Positions 26,093-36,374 of a stretch of DNA of 64,000 bases are shown in pieces. The position numbers were made by a program, and so were the translations under genes. The notes under the pieces are model-generated. The model saw nothing but the letters and a program-made list of their open reading frames with translations. It had not been told where the DNA came from and did not search any database. Positions within the stretch are counted from its first letter, which is position 1. Each line of letters starts with the position of its first letter. Source of the stretch: Candidatus Dojkabacteria bacterium (GTDB lineage Bacteria > Patescibacteriota > Dojkabacteria > SC72); assembly GCA_035271645.1 (NCBI GenBank), contig DATERJ010000008.1, forward strand, positions 1,051 to 65,050. The letters run 5' to 3'.

Positions 26093-26740
26093 ATGCCAAG
26101 ATTCGATATAATAACAATATTTCCTAAAACAATAGAGGAATATATAAATACAGGAATAGTAAGAATAGCAAGAGAAAAAGGTCTTGTTGAAATTAATGTT
26201 CATGATCTAAGAAAATGGACTACTGACAAACATAAAACAGTAGATGACACACCATATGGAGGAGGCCCTGGAATGATAATGAAGATAGAACCAATATACA
26301 AAGCTATTCAAGAATTAAAAAAAGAAAACACTCTTGTTGCAATTACAACACCCAAAGGAGAACAACTTAAACAAAAGAAATTACTAAAATTCTCTCAAGA
26401 GAAAAACTTACATATGATAATACTCTGTGGAAGATATGAGGGTTTTGATCAAAGAATACATGACCATTTAGTAGATTATGAATTCTCAATAGGGGAGTAT
26501 GTACTTTCTGGAGGAGAACTTCCTGCCCTTGTATTGGTAGATGGTATTACAAGACTAATACCAGGAGTTTTAGGTAATGAATTGTCTTTAGATGAAGAAA
26601 CATTTAATGATAATTCATTGGAATATCCTCAATATACCAAGCCTGATGAGTTTAATGGTTGGAGAGTACCTGATGTCCTTTTGTCTGGTAATCATAAGGA
26701 AATAGAGGATTACCGCAAAAAGAGCAAGAAAATGGTATAA
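26093..26740 (+). CDS. trmD: tRNA (guanine37-N1)-methyltransferase
   Basis: VDDTPYGGGPGM, CGRYEGFDQR, SIGEYVLSGGE, LEYPQYTKP. Confidence 0.98.
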   Translation: MPRFDIITIFPKTIEEYINTGIVRIAREKGLVEINVHDLRKWTTDKHKTVDDTPYGGGPGMIMKIEPIYKAIQELKKENTLVAITTPKGEQLKQKKLLKFSQEKNLHMIILCGRYEGFDQRIHDHLVDYEFSIGEYVLSGGELPALVLVDGITRLIPGVLGNELSLDEETFNDNSLEYPQYTKPDEFNGWRVPDVLLSGNHKEIEDYRKKSKKMV

Positions 26741-26770
26741 TCTACAAATTCATTTCAAATATTTAGTGCT

Positions 26771-28306
26771 ATGGAAGATATTACAAGCGATTTAATTGGA
26801 CAAAGAAATGTCAGGATTGAGAAAGTAAAGAAACTCAGAGAGTTGGGGATTGACCCATATCCTGCAAAAACGCATAGAGAGGAAAAGATAGGTGATGTGG
26901 TTGAGAATTTTGAGAAATATGAAGGCAAAGAGACATGTTTGGTAGGCCGAGTTATGGCATGGAGAGAGCATGGGAAGTTAGTTTTTGGTGATATCAGAGA
27001 TCAGTCTGGAAATATTCAGATAATGATCAAGCAAGATAATTTGGCTGAGGATTTGAAGAAGGGATATTTAGGTTGGGAGCATCTTTCACTTTTGGATTTA
27101 GCTGATTTTGTTGAAGTATATGGAACAATCGGTAAATCCAAAACGGGACAGATTACTATCATGGTAGAGTATATTCGATTACTTTCTAAAGCCATTAGAC
27201 CAATTCCTAGAGAACTTAAGAGTAAGGAACAGAAATTTAGAAGAAGATATTTAGACTTAGTCATTCACCCAGACAAGATGAGGCTATTTGAAAGGAAAGC
27301 TAAATTTTGGCAAGTACAGAGGGATTTCTTAAGAAAAGAAGGATTTATGGAAGTGGAAGTTCCAATTATGGAACCGGTAACAGGTGGAGCAGATGCACGA
27401 CCATTTATTACACATCATAATGCACTTGATCAGGAGTTCTATCTTAGAATCTCAACTGAATTGTATCAAAAGAGGTTAATAGGTGCCGGTTTTGAAAAGA
27501 TATATACCTTTGGTCCACATTTTAGAAATGAAGGTATGGATGATGAACATCTTCAAGAATTCTATGATATCGAATGGTATTGGGCATATGCTGATTACAA
27601 AGATAACATGAAGTTGGTAAGAGAACTATTCTTAGAGATTGCAAAGAAAGTGTATGGAAAGACAGAATTTGAAACAAGAGGACATAAGTTTGATTTAGCA
27701 GATGAATGGAAGGAGATAGACTATGCAACGACAATTAAAGATCACTTTGGAATTGATATTTTTAAGGATAGTGATGAGAAGATTCTTGAAGTGATTGAGA
27801 AGAATAATATTGAGATGGGTGGGGAGGTGAATAGGAATAGAATGATTGATACTCTTTGGAAGGATATTAGGACTAAGATATCAGGACCAGCATTTCTTGT
27901 TAATCAACCAAAGTTTATTTCACCATTGGCTAAATCACATGAGGATAATGAAGAACTAACACAGAGATTCCAAGTGATAATAGCAGGTAGTGAGTTAGGT
28001 AACGGATATACAGAGATTAATGACCCTCAAGACCAATTAGAAAGATTCTTAGAGCAACAGGCATTAAGAGAAAGTGGAGATGAGGAAGCACATATGTTGG
28101 ATATAGATTTTGTAGAGATGTTAGAGTACGGTATGCCTCCTGTTAGTGGGTATGGTCATAGTGAAAGGATATTCTGGTTTATGGAAGATGTTACTGCAAG
28201 AGAGGGAACTTTCTTCCCACAGATGAGAATAGAGGTTGAGAATCTCACTAAGGAAATTTACAAAGACAAAGTGAAGTTTGAGGATACAAAGAAGAAAAAG
28301 AAGTAG
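26771..28306 (+). CDS. lysS: Lysine--tRNA ligase (class II)
   Basis: GIDPYP, RRRYLDL, GGADARPF.THHNALD, FRNEG, LEYGMPP. Confidence 0.97.
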   Translation: MEDITSDLIGQRNVRIEKVKKLRELGIDPYPAKTHREEKIGDVVENFEKYEGKETCLVGRVMAWREHGKLVFGDIRDQSGNIQIMIKQDNLAEDLKKGYLGWEHLSLLDLADFVEVYGTIGKSKTGQITIMVEYIRLLSKAIRPIPRELKSKEQKFRRRYLDLVIHPDKMRLFERKAKFWQVQRDFLRKEGFMEVEVPIMEPVTGGADARPFITHHNALDQEFYLRISTELYQKRLIGAGFEKIYTFGPHFRNEGMDDEHLQEFYDIEWYWAYADYKDNMKLVRELFLEIAKKVYGKTEFETRGHKFDLADEWKEIDYATTIKDHFGIDIFKDSDEKILEVIEKNNIEMGGEVNRNRMIDTLWKDIRTKISGPAFLVNQPKFISPLAKSHEDNEELTQRFQVIIAGSELGNGYTEINDPQDQLERFLEQQALRESGDEEAHMLDIDFVEMLEYGMPPVSGYGHSERIFWFMEDVTAREGTFFPQMRIEVENLTKEIYKDKVKFEDTKKKKK

Positions 28307-28320
28307 TTTCTAAAAAAGCT

Positions 28321-28956
28321 ATGTCAAAAGTTTTTAAACTTCAATTTCAAAAATCTAATAGTAAGAAGATAGATTCTTTCTACAAGAAAGCAATGGAAGA
28401 GTTAAGTGAGTTCTACCAGCTTAATTGGAATAGGAATACTCCTTTTATTTATCTTGTTGATAGTAGGGAAGATTATGATAAGTTGAATGGTTTTAAGACA
28501 GAACCTTGGGTTGTAGCATCTGCTTTTGAAAATGGTGTTCTTATGTTATCTCCAGAGAGTTATGAGAAAGAGAGTACACATAAATATTCAGATGATGAGT
28601 ATTTCTCTCTTGTAAAACATGAATTCAGTCATCTTTTCTACAATATATTTGCTAAAAATAATTACCCTGTATGGTTAAGTGAGGGTTTTGCAATATATTC
28701 ATCTGGTCAGTTAGCTACTAAGAAGAGACCAAAGAAGTTAAGTAAATTTCTTAATTATTATTCACAAGGAGGAGCAGATGTGTATGAAGAGTCTGGGTTT
28801 GTAGTAGAGGGTTTGATTAAGAAGTTTGGGAGAGAGAAAGTTATGAAGTTTATCAAACTATTACCTAATGTTAGAGGAGAAAGAGTGTTTAAAGAAGCTT
28901 TTGAGAAGTTTTTTGATTTAGAATTAAGTTATGAGAGTATTCAGGAGTTGTTATAA
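28321..28956 (+). CDS. Peptidase MA-like zinc metalloprotease-domain protein
   Basis: HEFSH followed by PVWLSEGFA (gluzincin HExxH...E). Confidence 0.75.
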   Translation: MSKVFKLQFQKSNSKKIDSFYKKAMEELSEFYQLNWNRNTPFIYLVDSREDYDKLNGFKTEPWVVASAFENGVLMLSPESYEKESTHKYSDDEYFSLVKHEFSHLFYNIFAKNNYPVWLSEGFAIYSSGQLATKKRPKKLSKFLNYYSQGGADVYEESGFVVEGLIKKFGREKVMKFIKLLPNVRGERVFKEAFEKFFDLELSYESIQELL

Positions 28957-29490
28957 AACCTCCAATATCTCTTCAAATTTAGTATATCCACTTTCTGTAT
29001 TGAGATGTCCACCATTTTTAATAACATACTGCTTATTTGAAACTCTATCTGCAAATGATTTCTCAACTTCAAATTTAACATATGGATCATTATCAGAATA
29101 GAAGCATATAATATCATCACAGTATTTTTTAACATCTTCTAAATTGTTTATAAACATAGATTCGTTAACTGCATCAAAATCAGAATCTATACCTAAATAA
29201 TTATTAAAACCACATACAAAAACAAGTTTTTTAACTTTTATCTTATTCTTAATTAAATATTTACAAACAAATACAGGAGCAATACTATGAGCGATAATTG
29301 TTGTATTTTCTCCCACCCCCATTTTATTCAACTCCTTCTCCCAATTATCATAGTTTTGATTACCGACTCCAACAGGCATTTGAGGTAATTCAACAATATG
29401 TTTTTTGTTTTCTAACTTTTCTTTAAGCCATGGAAACCAATTACCATCTTTACTACCAAAACTACCATGTAATATTATGTAATTATTCAT
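28951..29490 (-). CDS. RBBP9/YdeN family alpha/beta hydrolase
   Basis: IILHG, NWFPWL, AHSIA, SDNDPYV, GGHLN. Confidence 0.9.
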   Translation of the reverse strand: MNNYIILHGSFGSKDGNWFPWLKEKLENKKHIVELPQMPVGVGNQNYDNWEKELNKMGVGENTTIIAHSIAPVFVCKYLIKNKIKVKKLVFVCGFNNYLGIDSDFDAVNESMFINNLEDVKKYCDDIICFYSDNDPYVKFEVEKSFADRVSNKQYVIKNGGHLNTESGYTKFEEILEVL

Positions 29491-29551
29491 ACCTTTAATT
29501 CTACACAAAAACTTGGTTTCAAGAAAGGTGAGTCAATGATATACTTCAATT

Positions 29552-29935
29552 ATGGATTCAGTAAAAGACATACTATCTCAATTAAAGAAACAAACACCTG
29601 TTAAAAAGAAAAGAGATTCTCAACAAGAACTCTTTGATTTAGATACATTAGAAACTAACCCTAAGAGAATTTTTGGTGAAAAAGGGAAATATATATCTAC
29701 TGAATATCAAAACTATGGTCTTAGATTAGCAGGTAAGTTAGATGATAAAAAAAGGTTAACTATGTATATCAAATGGGCAAAAACAAAACCAAGAGCTATA
29801 CTAGAAACAGCCTTGAGTTTTGTATCTGACTATCCAAATGCAGAGAGTAAATCTAGGCTATTTATGTGGAAAGTAAAACAACTAGAAGATGAAATTAAAT
29901 CGAAAAAAGAACAAAAACGGAAAGATACTAAGTAG
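29552..29935 (+). CDS. Hypothetical protein (probably leaderless)
   Basis: 127-aa ORF; TGA-TATACT 6 nt before ATG. Confidence 0.75.
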   Translation: MDSVKDILSQLKKQTPVKKKRDSQQELFDLDTLETNPKRIFGEKGKYISTEYQNYGLRLAGKLDDKKRLTMYIKWAKTKPRAILETALSFVSDYPNAESKSRLFMWKVKQLEDEIKSKKEQKRKDTK

Positions 29936-30710
29936 AGAGATACAGATGTATTTCTCTAGAGAGTTTCAATACAGAGGGCAAATGGTTGCTTGGATTCTTG
30001 CAGATATTCTTAAGATACTAGGTCTCTGTTTTATCTGGCTAACTTCTGCAAAAGTTAATGGCAATGTTGAGCAGGGTTATGTTGTGACATATTACATTTT
30101 AATTATGCTTGTTAGTAAATTTACTTCAGACTACACGGTAGAGCATGGGGTTAGAAATATATTAGATGGTAGGTTTTCTAACTTCCTTATTAAACCATTC
30201 AATTATCTTCTAGAATATCTAGGTATTAATATTGGAGGTAATGTTTTAAGAGTGATACTTTTCCTTCCTGCATTTCTGTTAGGAATATTGATTGCATGGA
30301 AGAGTAATCTTTGGATTATGGATTTTAATCTTCCTTCTATTCTTCTTGGATTAGTTGCAATTGTTATTGGCTTTTCTATTAGTTTCTTAATGGGGAATAT
30401 CATTGCATTAGCTGCTATTAAGATAAAAGAGATGGATAGTATTAGAATATTTTTTTACAATGTGGCATCACTTCTCTCTGGGGAATTTATACCTCTAGCT
30501 TTCGTTTCAGGTGTAGCAAGAAAAATTTTCATTCTTCTGCCTTTTAGATATACACTATCATTCCCTGTAGAGGTGTTTATTGGTGATATTGAAGTCAAAG
30601 ATATGTTGTTTGGTTTTTTTATAGGGACAACATGGCTCACAGTATTATATTTTTCTTACAAATTAATTTACAAAAAAGCTATTAAGAGATATGAAGCAGA
30701 AGGAATATAG
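29889..30710 (+). CDS. ABC-2 type transporter permease (DUF990-like)
   Basis: Multi-TM, I.DG.FS.FLIKP, LSG.FIPL, LPFRY...FPV. Confidence 0.85.
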   Translation: MKLNRKKNKNGKILSREIQMYFSREFQYRGQMVAWILADILKILGLCFIWLTSAKVNGNVEQGYVVTYYILIMLVSKFTSDYTVEHGVRNILDGRFSNFLIKPFNYLLEYLGINIGGNVLRVILFLPAFLLGILIAWKSNLWIMDFNLPSILLGLVAIVIGFSISFLMGNIIALAAIKIKEMDSIRIFFYNVASLLSGEFIPLAFVSGVARKIFILLPFRYTLSFPVEVFIGDIEVKDMLFGFFIGTTWLTVLYFSYKLIYKKAIKRYEAEGI

Positions 30711-31503
30711 TAGGGGGATAAAGTATTACTGGAATGTATGGAGACATGTTTTTAAGGGTGGTCTTAAACGAAGTTATCTTTATAAAACAGATATATTTGT
30801 AAGAATTCTTAGAACTCTTCTTGTTGTTGGAATACAGATTGGTTTGTTGAATATACTGTTTGGCAAGAGTGAAGTGTATGCTGGGTGGAATAAATCAGAA
30901 ACATATCTAGTTATTGGTATTTGGAATGTTCTTAACTATCTTGGTTGGTCTGTTTTTTCTACGAATCTTTTGTATTTAGAATCTAAGGTTGTCGAGGGGA
31001 AATTTGATTACATTCTTCTTAAACCTCTCTCTTCATCTTGGTATGCTTCATTTTCAGATTTCTTCATTACAAACTTCATTACTGCATTATCAGGAGTTAT
31101 ATTAATTTTGTATTACATAATTGTAGAATGGGGGAATATACAATTGTTGGATGTTCTTGTTGGTATATTGGCAATCTGTGTGGCATTACTTATTTGGTAT
31201 GCTATATATCTTTTCTTTGCTAGCTTTACTATTTCAAATCCAAGGAATGGGATTCTTTCAATAGCTAAGGAACTTCTTGGATTAACTAAGTATCCTATGG
31301 ATGTTTTTGGTAGTTCATTGGGTTTTGTTTTTTATACTGTTATACCAATTGCGTTTCTAACTACTGTTCCTGCCAATATTATTAGAGGAGAGTTTAGTTA
31401 TGGTTTTGTATTGATAGGGTTAGGTATATCAGTACTATTAATAGTTATTGCAAACCTATTTTGGAAGTGGAATGTAAAGAGATATTCTAGTGCGAGTAGT
31501 TAG
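30691..31503 (+). CDS. ABC-2 type transporter permease (DUF990-like)
   Basis: GW...E, V.EG.FDYILLKP, KYPMDVF, PIAFLTTVPA, RYSSASS. Confidence 0.87.
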   Translation: MKQKEYSRGIKYYWNVWRHVFKGGLKRSYLYKTDIFVRILRTLLVVGIQIGLLNILFGKSEVYAGWNKSETYLVIGIWNVLNYLGWSVFSTNLLYLESKVVEGKFDYILLKPLSSSWYASFSDFFITNFITALSGVILILYYIIVEWGNIQLLDVLVGILAICVALLIWYAIYLFFASFTISNPRNGILSIAKELLGLTKYPMDVFGSSLGFVFYTVIPIAFLTTVPANIIRGEFSYGFVLIGLGISVLLIVIANLFWKWNVKRYSSASS

Positions 31504-31718
31504 TTGTCTGTTTCTTCTTCTCCCTTTTTCTCATCCTCTTCTTTATTGTCTTCGGTTGGTTGATATTCTATATCATTCCCTGTTTCTGTTCCTTTACCTT
31601 TTTCTGTTCCTTGACCTCCTTCTACATCTAATCTTTTTGCTATTTCTATCAATTCATCTCTTCTAGGATTCGGATATCTTGAACCTTCTGTGTCAAAACC
31701 CTCTGGTAAACCTTCCAT
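31500..31718 (-). CDS. Small acidic hypothetical protein
   Basis: 72-aa ORF with purine-rich coding bias like other genes here. Confidence 0.5.
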   Translation of the reverse strand: MEGLPEGFDTEGSRYPNPRRDELIEIAKRLDVEGGQGTEKGKGTETGNDIEYQPTEDNKEEDEKKGEEETDN

Positions 31719-31860
31719 AAATGTAAAAGATTAATTTATATGTTTATATTATATCATTAATCTAACACTTTTAGTTCTTAGAACCTCTAGCATATTAAAA
31801 ACCCACGAAAAAACCTTAATAGTCCTTGTTGTAGAAAGTAAAACAGATGAGGTAACCTTC

Positions 31861-32862
31861 TTATTTTTCCAAATGCTCTCTACACACCTTCAAGATTTTC
31901 TCTAGCATCTCATCTAACGAATTAGCTTCCATTCGCACACCAGCAGCATATATATGTCCACCTCCACCTAATTCCTCCGTAATTAGCTTTACATCCTGAT
32001 ATCCTTTTGTACTTCTAAATGAAGCAGTCCATATATTATCAGTATTCATGTCTGGCTTTATGATAAAGCCCCAATGTACACCTTGTATAAATCGAAGATA
32101 CTTATCCTTCAAAAAAATTCGTGCCATGCTTGCTCCTTTATTTAACTCTTCATTGTTTTCTAAATCCTCTCTGCTTATATACATATATGCCATATCTTTC
32201 TCAATTGTTAATGACTCTAAGTATTTAATAACAGCAGTAGTTGCTTCTCTTGGAAATTTGGAGTTTCTGTATGCAAAGTCTTCAAGGTCTATAGCTGTGA
32301 TTTCTTTGGCATCTGCAAATACTCTATGTGTATTTGGTGTGGTGATATCATAGAGAAATCTACCAGTATCAGACACAATTCCATATTGTACTAATTCCGC
32401 CTTATCTTCATCCAGTTTAAATCTTTTCCCATATACATTTCTAAGAAGTTCATGAACCTGTTCTGCTGCGGAACTCATATTGTTGTTTATCAAAACCTCG
32501 CCTTGTACATAGTTAAAAAAAGTATCATGATGATCAATATATATCTTTTGAATGTCATTGGAGATATTGTCTGCATCACTAGCACACAAACTCATATCGC
32601 CTGCATCTGTCACAATGATTAAATTAAAACCAGTCGAATCTAACCTGTCAACAATCTCTACATCTTTCATTCTAGGTAATTTAATTGTAGGGCCTTGTTT
32701 TGCTTGTAGGGCAAACTTCTTCTTTGGATATATCTCCTCTAGACTAATCTTTAGTAGTAATGCACTAGAGAAAGCATCGATATCTGGTCCTCTATGTGTG
32801 AGGATTAAGATGTTTGTTGCTCTTTCTACAAGCTTTTTAAACAACCTTTCTTCTTTTTTCAT
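31861..32862 (-). CDS. DHH family phosphoesterase (NrnA-like)
   Basis: H.GPDIDA, IDHH, GIVSDTGRF, SFRS, GGGGH..AAG; start at MKKEE, 6 nt after TGC-TATCAT. Confidence 0.92.
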   Translation of the reverse strand: MKKEERLFKKLVERATNILILTHRGPDIDAFSSALLLKISLEEIYPKKKFALQAKQGPTIKLPRMKDVEIVDRLDSTGFNLIIVTDAGDMSLCASDADNISNDIQKIYIDHHDTFFNYVQGEVLINNNMSSAAEQVHELLRNVYGKRFKLDEDKAELVQYGIVSDTGRFLYDITTPNTHRVFADAKEITAIDLEDFAYRNSKFPREATTAVIKYLESLTIEKDMAYMYISREDLENNEELNKGASMARIFLKDKYLRFIQGVHWGFIIKPDMNTDNIWTASFRSTKGYQDVKLITEELGGGGHIYAAGVRMEANSLDEMLEKILKVCREHLEK

Positions 32863-32894
32863 ATGTAGATGATAGCAGATAGGGAAGTTCAATA

Positions 32895-33103
32895 GAAGGT
32901 CTGACCTAGGTCTGGCCTTCATTTACAGCTTTTTAACAAGCCTTAATCTGTACTTTCCACATGCCCTTGTTGAGGTGCACGTTCCTGTATCTGAACCTGT
33001 AGCACGTACATACTACCAAGGCCAAGGGTCAGGAAACCTTGCGTGAAGTGTAAATCCTTGAGATTGAGATTTTCCTAATAGAGGTCTGACCTAGGCCAGA
33101 CCT
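32895..33103. repeat. Pair of REP-like palindromes (32895-32920 and 33082-33103)
   Basis: GAAGGTCTGACCTAGGTCTGGCCTTC and AGGTCTGACCTAGGCCAGACCT share AGGTCTGACCTAGG; each is near-palindromic. Confidence 0.75.
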
Positions 33104-33112
33104 GTTGTGTCG

Positions 33113-33141
33113 TTGATATAACCAGATTATGGTAATATAAT
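33113..33141 (+). promoter_or_regulatory. serS promoter
   Basis: TTGATA-17-TATAAT. Confidence 0.6.
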
Positions 33142-33173
33142 AGGTATATCTTTCTAAATTAATAAACAGAAAT

Positions 33174-34442
33174 ATGTTAGATATCAAAAGAATTGTAGAA
33201 AACAAAGAGGAAGTTCAAAAAGGTCTTCTCAAAAGAATGAACTCAGAGGATTTTGATCTAGATGAAATAATATCCCTCTACGAGGACAAAAAGAAACTAC
33301 AAACAGAGTTTGACACAAAAAGGGCAGAGCAGAATAGTTTTAATGAAAGGATGGCGAAAGAAGAAAAAGGAAGTGATGCTTTCAAGAATTTAATAAAGGA
33401 GCTAAAAGAGTTGTCAGAGGAGGTAAAAGAAATTGAGGCTAAATTAAGAGAAGCAGATGAGAAGCTAAAATCAGATTTAGAAGTTTTACCAAATATTCCT
33501 GATGAAGATGTTGTGTCTGGTGGGAAGGAGAACAACGAAGTTGTAAAAGAAGTTGGAAGGGAACCAGAATTTTCATTTGCAATTAGAGACCATGTAGAGT
33601 TGGGTGTGGATTTGGGAATCTTTGATTTTGAAACAGCATCAAAAATTTCTGGTAACAACTTTTCAATGTACAGAGGTTTAGGTGCACAGATGGAGTGGGC
33701 ATTAATTAACTATTTCATTTCAACACATTTAGGAAATGGTTATGAAATGATAATCCCACCAAATCTTGTTACAAGAAATTCTGCATATACAGCAGGACAG
33801 CTTCCAAAATTTGAAGAAGATGTATATTGGGTTCAGGATGGACTCTGTCTCATTCCAACTGCAGAGACAGTTCTTACCAATATATATAGAGGAGATATTC
33901 TAAATGAGAGTGATTTACCTAAGAAGTTCTTTGCATATACTCCTTGCTATCGAAGAGAGGCAGGAAGTTACAGAGCTAATGAGAAAGGTTTAATCAGAGT
34001 TCATCAGTTTAACAAGGTTGAGATGTTCCAATATACCTCTGCTGAGAAATCAAAGGAGGGTTTTGAGGAGTTACTAAACAATGCAGAGGAGTTAGTTGCA
34101 GGTTTAGGTTTGCATTACAGAGTTGTGAAGTTAGCGGCAGGTGATTGTTCTGCAGGTATGGCTAGGACATATGATGTTGAGGTGTATATCCCATCTATGG
34201 ACAAATACTATGAAGTTAGTTCCGTTTCTAATGCCAGAGATTATCAGGCAAGGAGAGGGAATATGAGGTACAAGAAAGCAGATGGTAAGGTAGAGTTCTT
34301 GCATACTTTGAACGGTTCTGGTTTAGCAACAAGTAGATTGATGGTTAGTTTAATTGAAACATATCAGAATGAGGATGGAAGCATTACAGTACCAGAAGTA
34401 CTTAGACCTTTTATGGGTGGTGTAGCTAAGATTACAAAGTAA
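33174..34442 (+). CDS. serS: Serine--tRNA ligase
   Basis: LPNIP, GQLPKF, LIPTAE, RREAG, GLIRVHQFNKVE, HTLNGSGLA. Confidence 0.98.
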   Translation: MLDIKRIVENKEEVQKGLLKRMNSEDFDLDEIISLYEDKKKLQTEFDTKRAEQNSFNERMAKEEKGSDAFKNLIKELKELSEEVKEIEAKLREADEKLKSDLEVLPNIPDEDVVSGGKENNEVVKEVGREPEFSFAIRDHVELGVDLGIFDFETASKISGNNFSMYRGLGAQMEWALINYFISTHLGNGYEMIIPPNLVTRNSAYTAGQLPKFEEDVYWVQDGLCLIPTAETVLTNIYRGDILNESDLPKKFFAYTPCYRREAGSYRANEKGLIRVHQFNKVEMFQYTSAEKSKEGFEELLNNAEELVAGLGLHYRVVKLAAGDCSAGMARTYDVEVYIPSMDKYYEVSSVSNARDYQARRGNMRYKKADGKVEFLHTLNGSGLATSRLMVSLIETYQNEDGSITVPEVLRPFMGGVAKITK

Positions 34443-34447
34443 GTATT

Positions 34448-35008
34448 ATGAACTTGTTTCTAGGCTTCTTTCCGGATGATGAGAGTAGGAAGAAGATATC
34501 AGATGTTGCAACAAGTGTGAAGGAAGTTTTTGACGGTTTTGATATCAAGGTAAGATGGAGCAATCCTAAGACATATCATATGACCGTTCTCTTTCTAGAT
34601 TCTAAGGTGTCTTTTCCTCAGGTTTTTTTCTACAAACAGAAATTAAAGAAGTTTGCATTTAGGAAATTTAAAGTTAGATTCAATTCTGTAAAATTAGGAA
34701 TTTCTAGGAAGTATAGGGAGCTTTTGTATCTTGATCTTGTAGAAGGTGGTGATGAGATGAGAGAGTTGTACTTGCAACTAAGAGAGATAACTGGGGCAAA
34801 AGAGGATATTAACTTCATTCCTCACATGACTTTAGGGAGAGTGAATAAGGATTTAACAACTCAAGAGTATATGAATATAGTGAAAGACCTTAATGTTGTA
34901 ACAAAGCAATTGAAAGTAAACAAGATAGAGTTTGAGGTTAAGAGTATAGATTTGGTTAAATCAGAAGATGGGCTATATACTGTTGAGGTAAGCATTAGTG
35001 GAGTCTAG
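34448..35008 (+). CDS. thpR: RNA 2',3'-cyclic phosphodiesterase (2H family, LigT/ThpR)
   Basis: Two HxT motifs (YHMTV, PHMTLGR). Confidence 0.85.
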   Translation: MNLFLGFFPDDESRKKISDVATSVKEVFDGFDIKVRWSNPKTYHMTVLFLDSKVSFPQVFFYKQKLKKFAFRKFKVRFNSVKLGISRKYRELLYLDLVEGGDEMRELYLQLREITGAKEDINFIPHMTLGRVNKDLTTQEYMNIVKDLNVVTKQLKVNKIEFEVKSIDLVKSEDGLYTVEVSISGV

Positions 35009-35857
35009 GATTGTTTTGAAATCTTTGGCATAGATTACATTTTTGTTTCTCCTAAACCATGTGCGTTGTCTTTTAGCATATTGGTTCGTATGAGTAATGA
35101 TTTCTTCTTTGACTTGATCAAGTGGTTTTTCTTTTTCAAAATATCCATCGAATTCTTGATAGCCGATTGTATCTAGAGCAGGGTATCTATTTAATCCCTT
35201 CTTTCTAATCATTTCATTTTCTTCTATTAACCCATTTTTAATCATTTCCTCTACTCTTAATCGTATATTTTTCTTTACTACTTCTGGGTTTAGATCAAGG
35301 AAGAAGTATATATGATTTAATGAATTCCCTTTGGCAATACTAGGTAGTCCATGTTTAAGTATATGGACTAATCTGCGTGGATTTTGTCTATCACTTTCAT
35401 TAAGTTTTTCTAACTTTTCTTTTCCAATTAATTTTTGTAATTCTTTGATATTTAATGAGTCAAAATCTGTTTCAATATCTTCTTTCTTCTCTTTTAGTTT
35501 GTAATTGTAAACAACAGAGTCTATGTAGAGTCCTGTTCCTCCAACTAATATAGGTACTACATCTTTAGGAAGTTTTTCTAAGAGTGCAAATACATCTTTT
35601 TGATATCGATAGAGATTGTATTTTTCTTTTACTGATACATATGAGTAGAGGTAATGTTTAATTCCATCAATTATGAACACACCATTATCAATTCTATCTG
35701 GGGTAGGCTTTGCTGTGCCAATGGAGATTTCTTTGTATATCTGTCTTGAATCAGCATTAATAATTACACCGTTAATCTTTTTTGCTAACTTAATTGCAAT
35801 GTTAGATTTACCTGATGCGGTAGTTCCAGCAATTACAATGATAGGTCTCTTAGTCAT
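34973..35857 (-). CDS. miaA: tRNA dimethylallyltransferase
   Basis: G.TASGKS, INADSRQIY..ISIGTAKP, VGGTGLY, YAKRQRTWFR. Confidence 0.97.
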   Translation of the reverse strand: MTKRPIIVIAGTTASGKSNIAIKLAKKINGVIINADSRQIYKEISIGTAKPTPDRIDNGVFIIDGIKHYLYSYVSVKEKYNLYRYQKDVFALLEKLPKDVVPILVGGTGLYIDSVVYNYKLKEKKEDIETDFDSLNIKELQKLIGKEKLEKLNESDRQNPRRLVHILKHGLPSIAKGNSLNHIYFFLDLNPEVVKKNIRLRVEEMIKNGLIEENEMIRKKGLNRYPALDTIGYQEFDGYFEKEKPLDQVKEEIITHTNQYAKRQRTWFRRNKNVIYAKDFKTILDSTNAYLNSI

Positions 35858-36371
35858 TCTTAAAGATGAGTGATACTAAAAGGTAGTTTATCCAAATAGT
35901 GGCAATGGAAAGAATAGCCGTAGTTAAAACAAAAGTGAAATATATTCCAGAGAGTGAGAGGATGAATGCCATGATAAGGAGGATGATGAAGATGGAGAGT
36001 TGTAATGAATCTTTTAGAACTTCTTTTTTGAGTGTATGTGGCTTCATTACCTTCTGCATCTTTTGTGAAGTGAAGAAACCTAAAATCATTCCTAAGCTAA
36101 TAATCTCAACAACAAGAATGAGAACAGGGGTTAAAAGAAAGATATATCTAATACTTTCATTAAATACAACATTTAAGGTAATGAATGAGAGAACTGTTAA
36201 TACACTTGCAGAGAGTAAGGATAATGATGAAAGTTTAACAAACTCCTTCTTCTTTCCACTTAAGAACCATGTTGTAAAAACAATGAAGAGGAAGACAAAC
36301 AAGAACATTCCTGTTAGAGCTAGCAACTGATAGATACTCCAGTTATTTAATATTGATTTAAATATCTCCAT
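35850..36371 (-). CDS. Multi-TM membrane protein, possibly a truncated SecF-like subunit
   Basis: About 5 TM helices; directly follows the SecD-like gene. Confidence 0.45.
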   Translation of the reverse strand: MEIFKSILNNWSIYQLLALTGMFLFVFLFIVFTTWFLSGKKKEFVKLSSLSLLSASVLTVLSFITLNVVFNESIRYIFLLTPVLILVVEIISLGMILGFFTSQKMQKVMKPHTLKKEVLKDSLQLSIFIILLIMAFILSLSGIYFTFVLTTAILSIATIWINYLLVSLIFKND

Positions 36372-36374
36372 ACA

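Noticed and set aside
32863-32922. ORF-track N-terminal extension of the DHH protein
   Set aside because: It is translated from the REP-like palindrome and promoter; the start at 32862 fits a leaderless promoter.
34448-35008. ThpR/LigT as the ligase that would circularise cassette RNAs
   Set aside because: No linkage evidence; it sits behind serS and is a widespread housekeeping-type gene.
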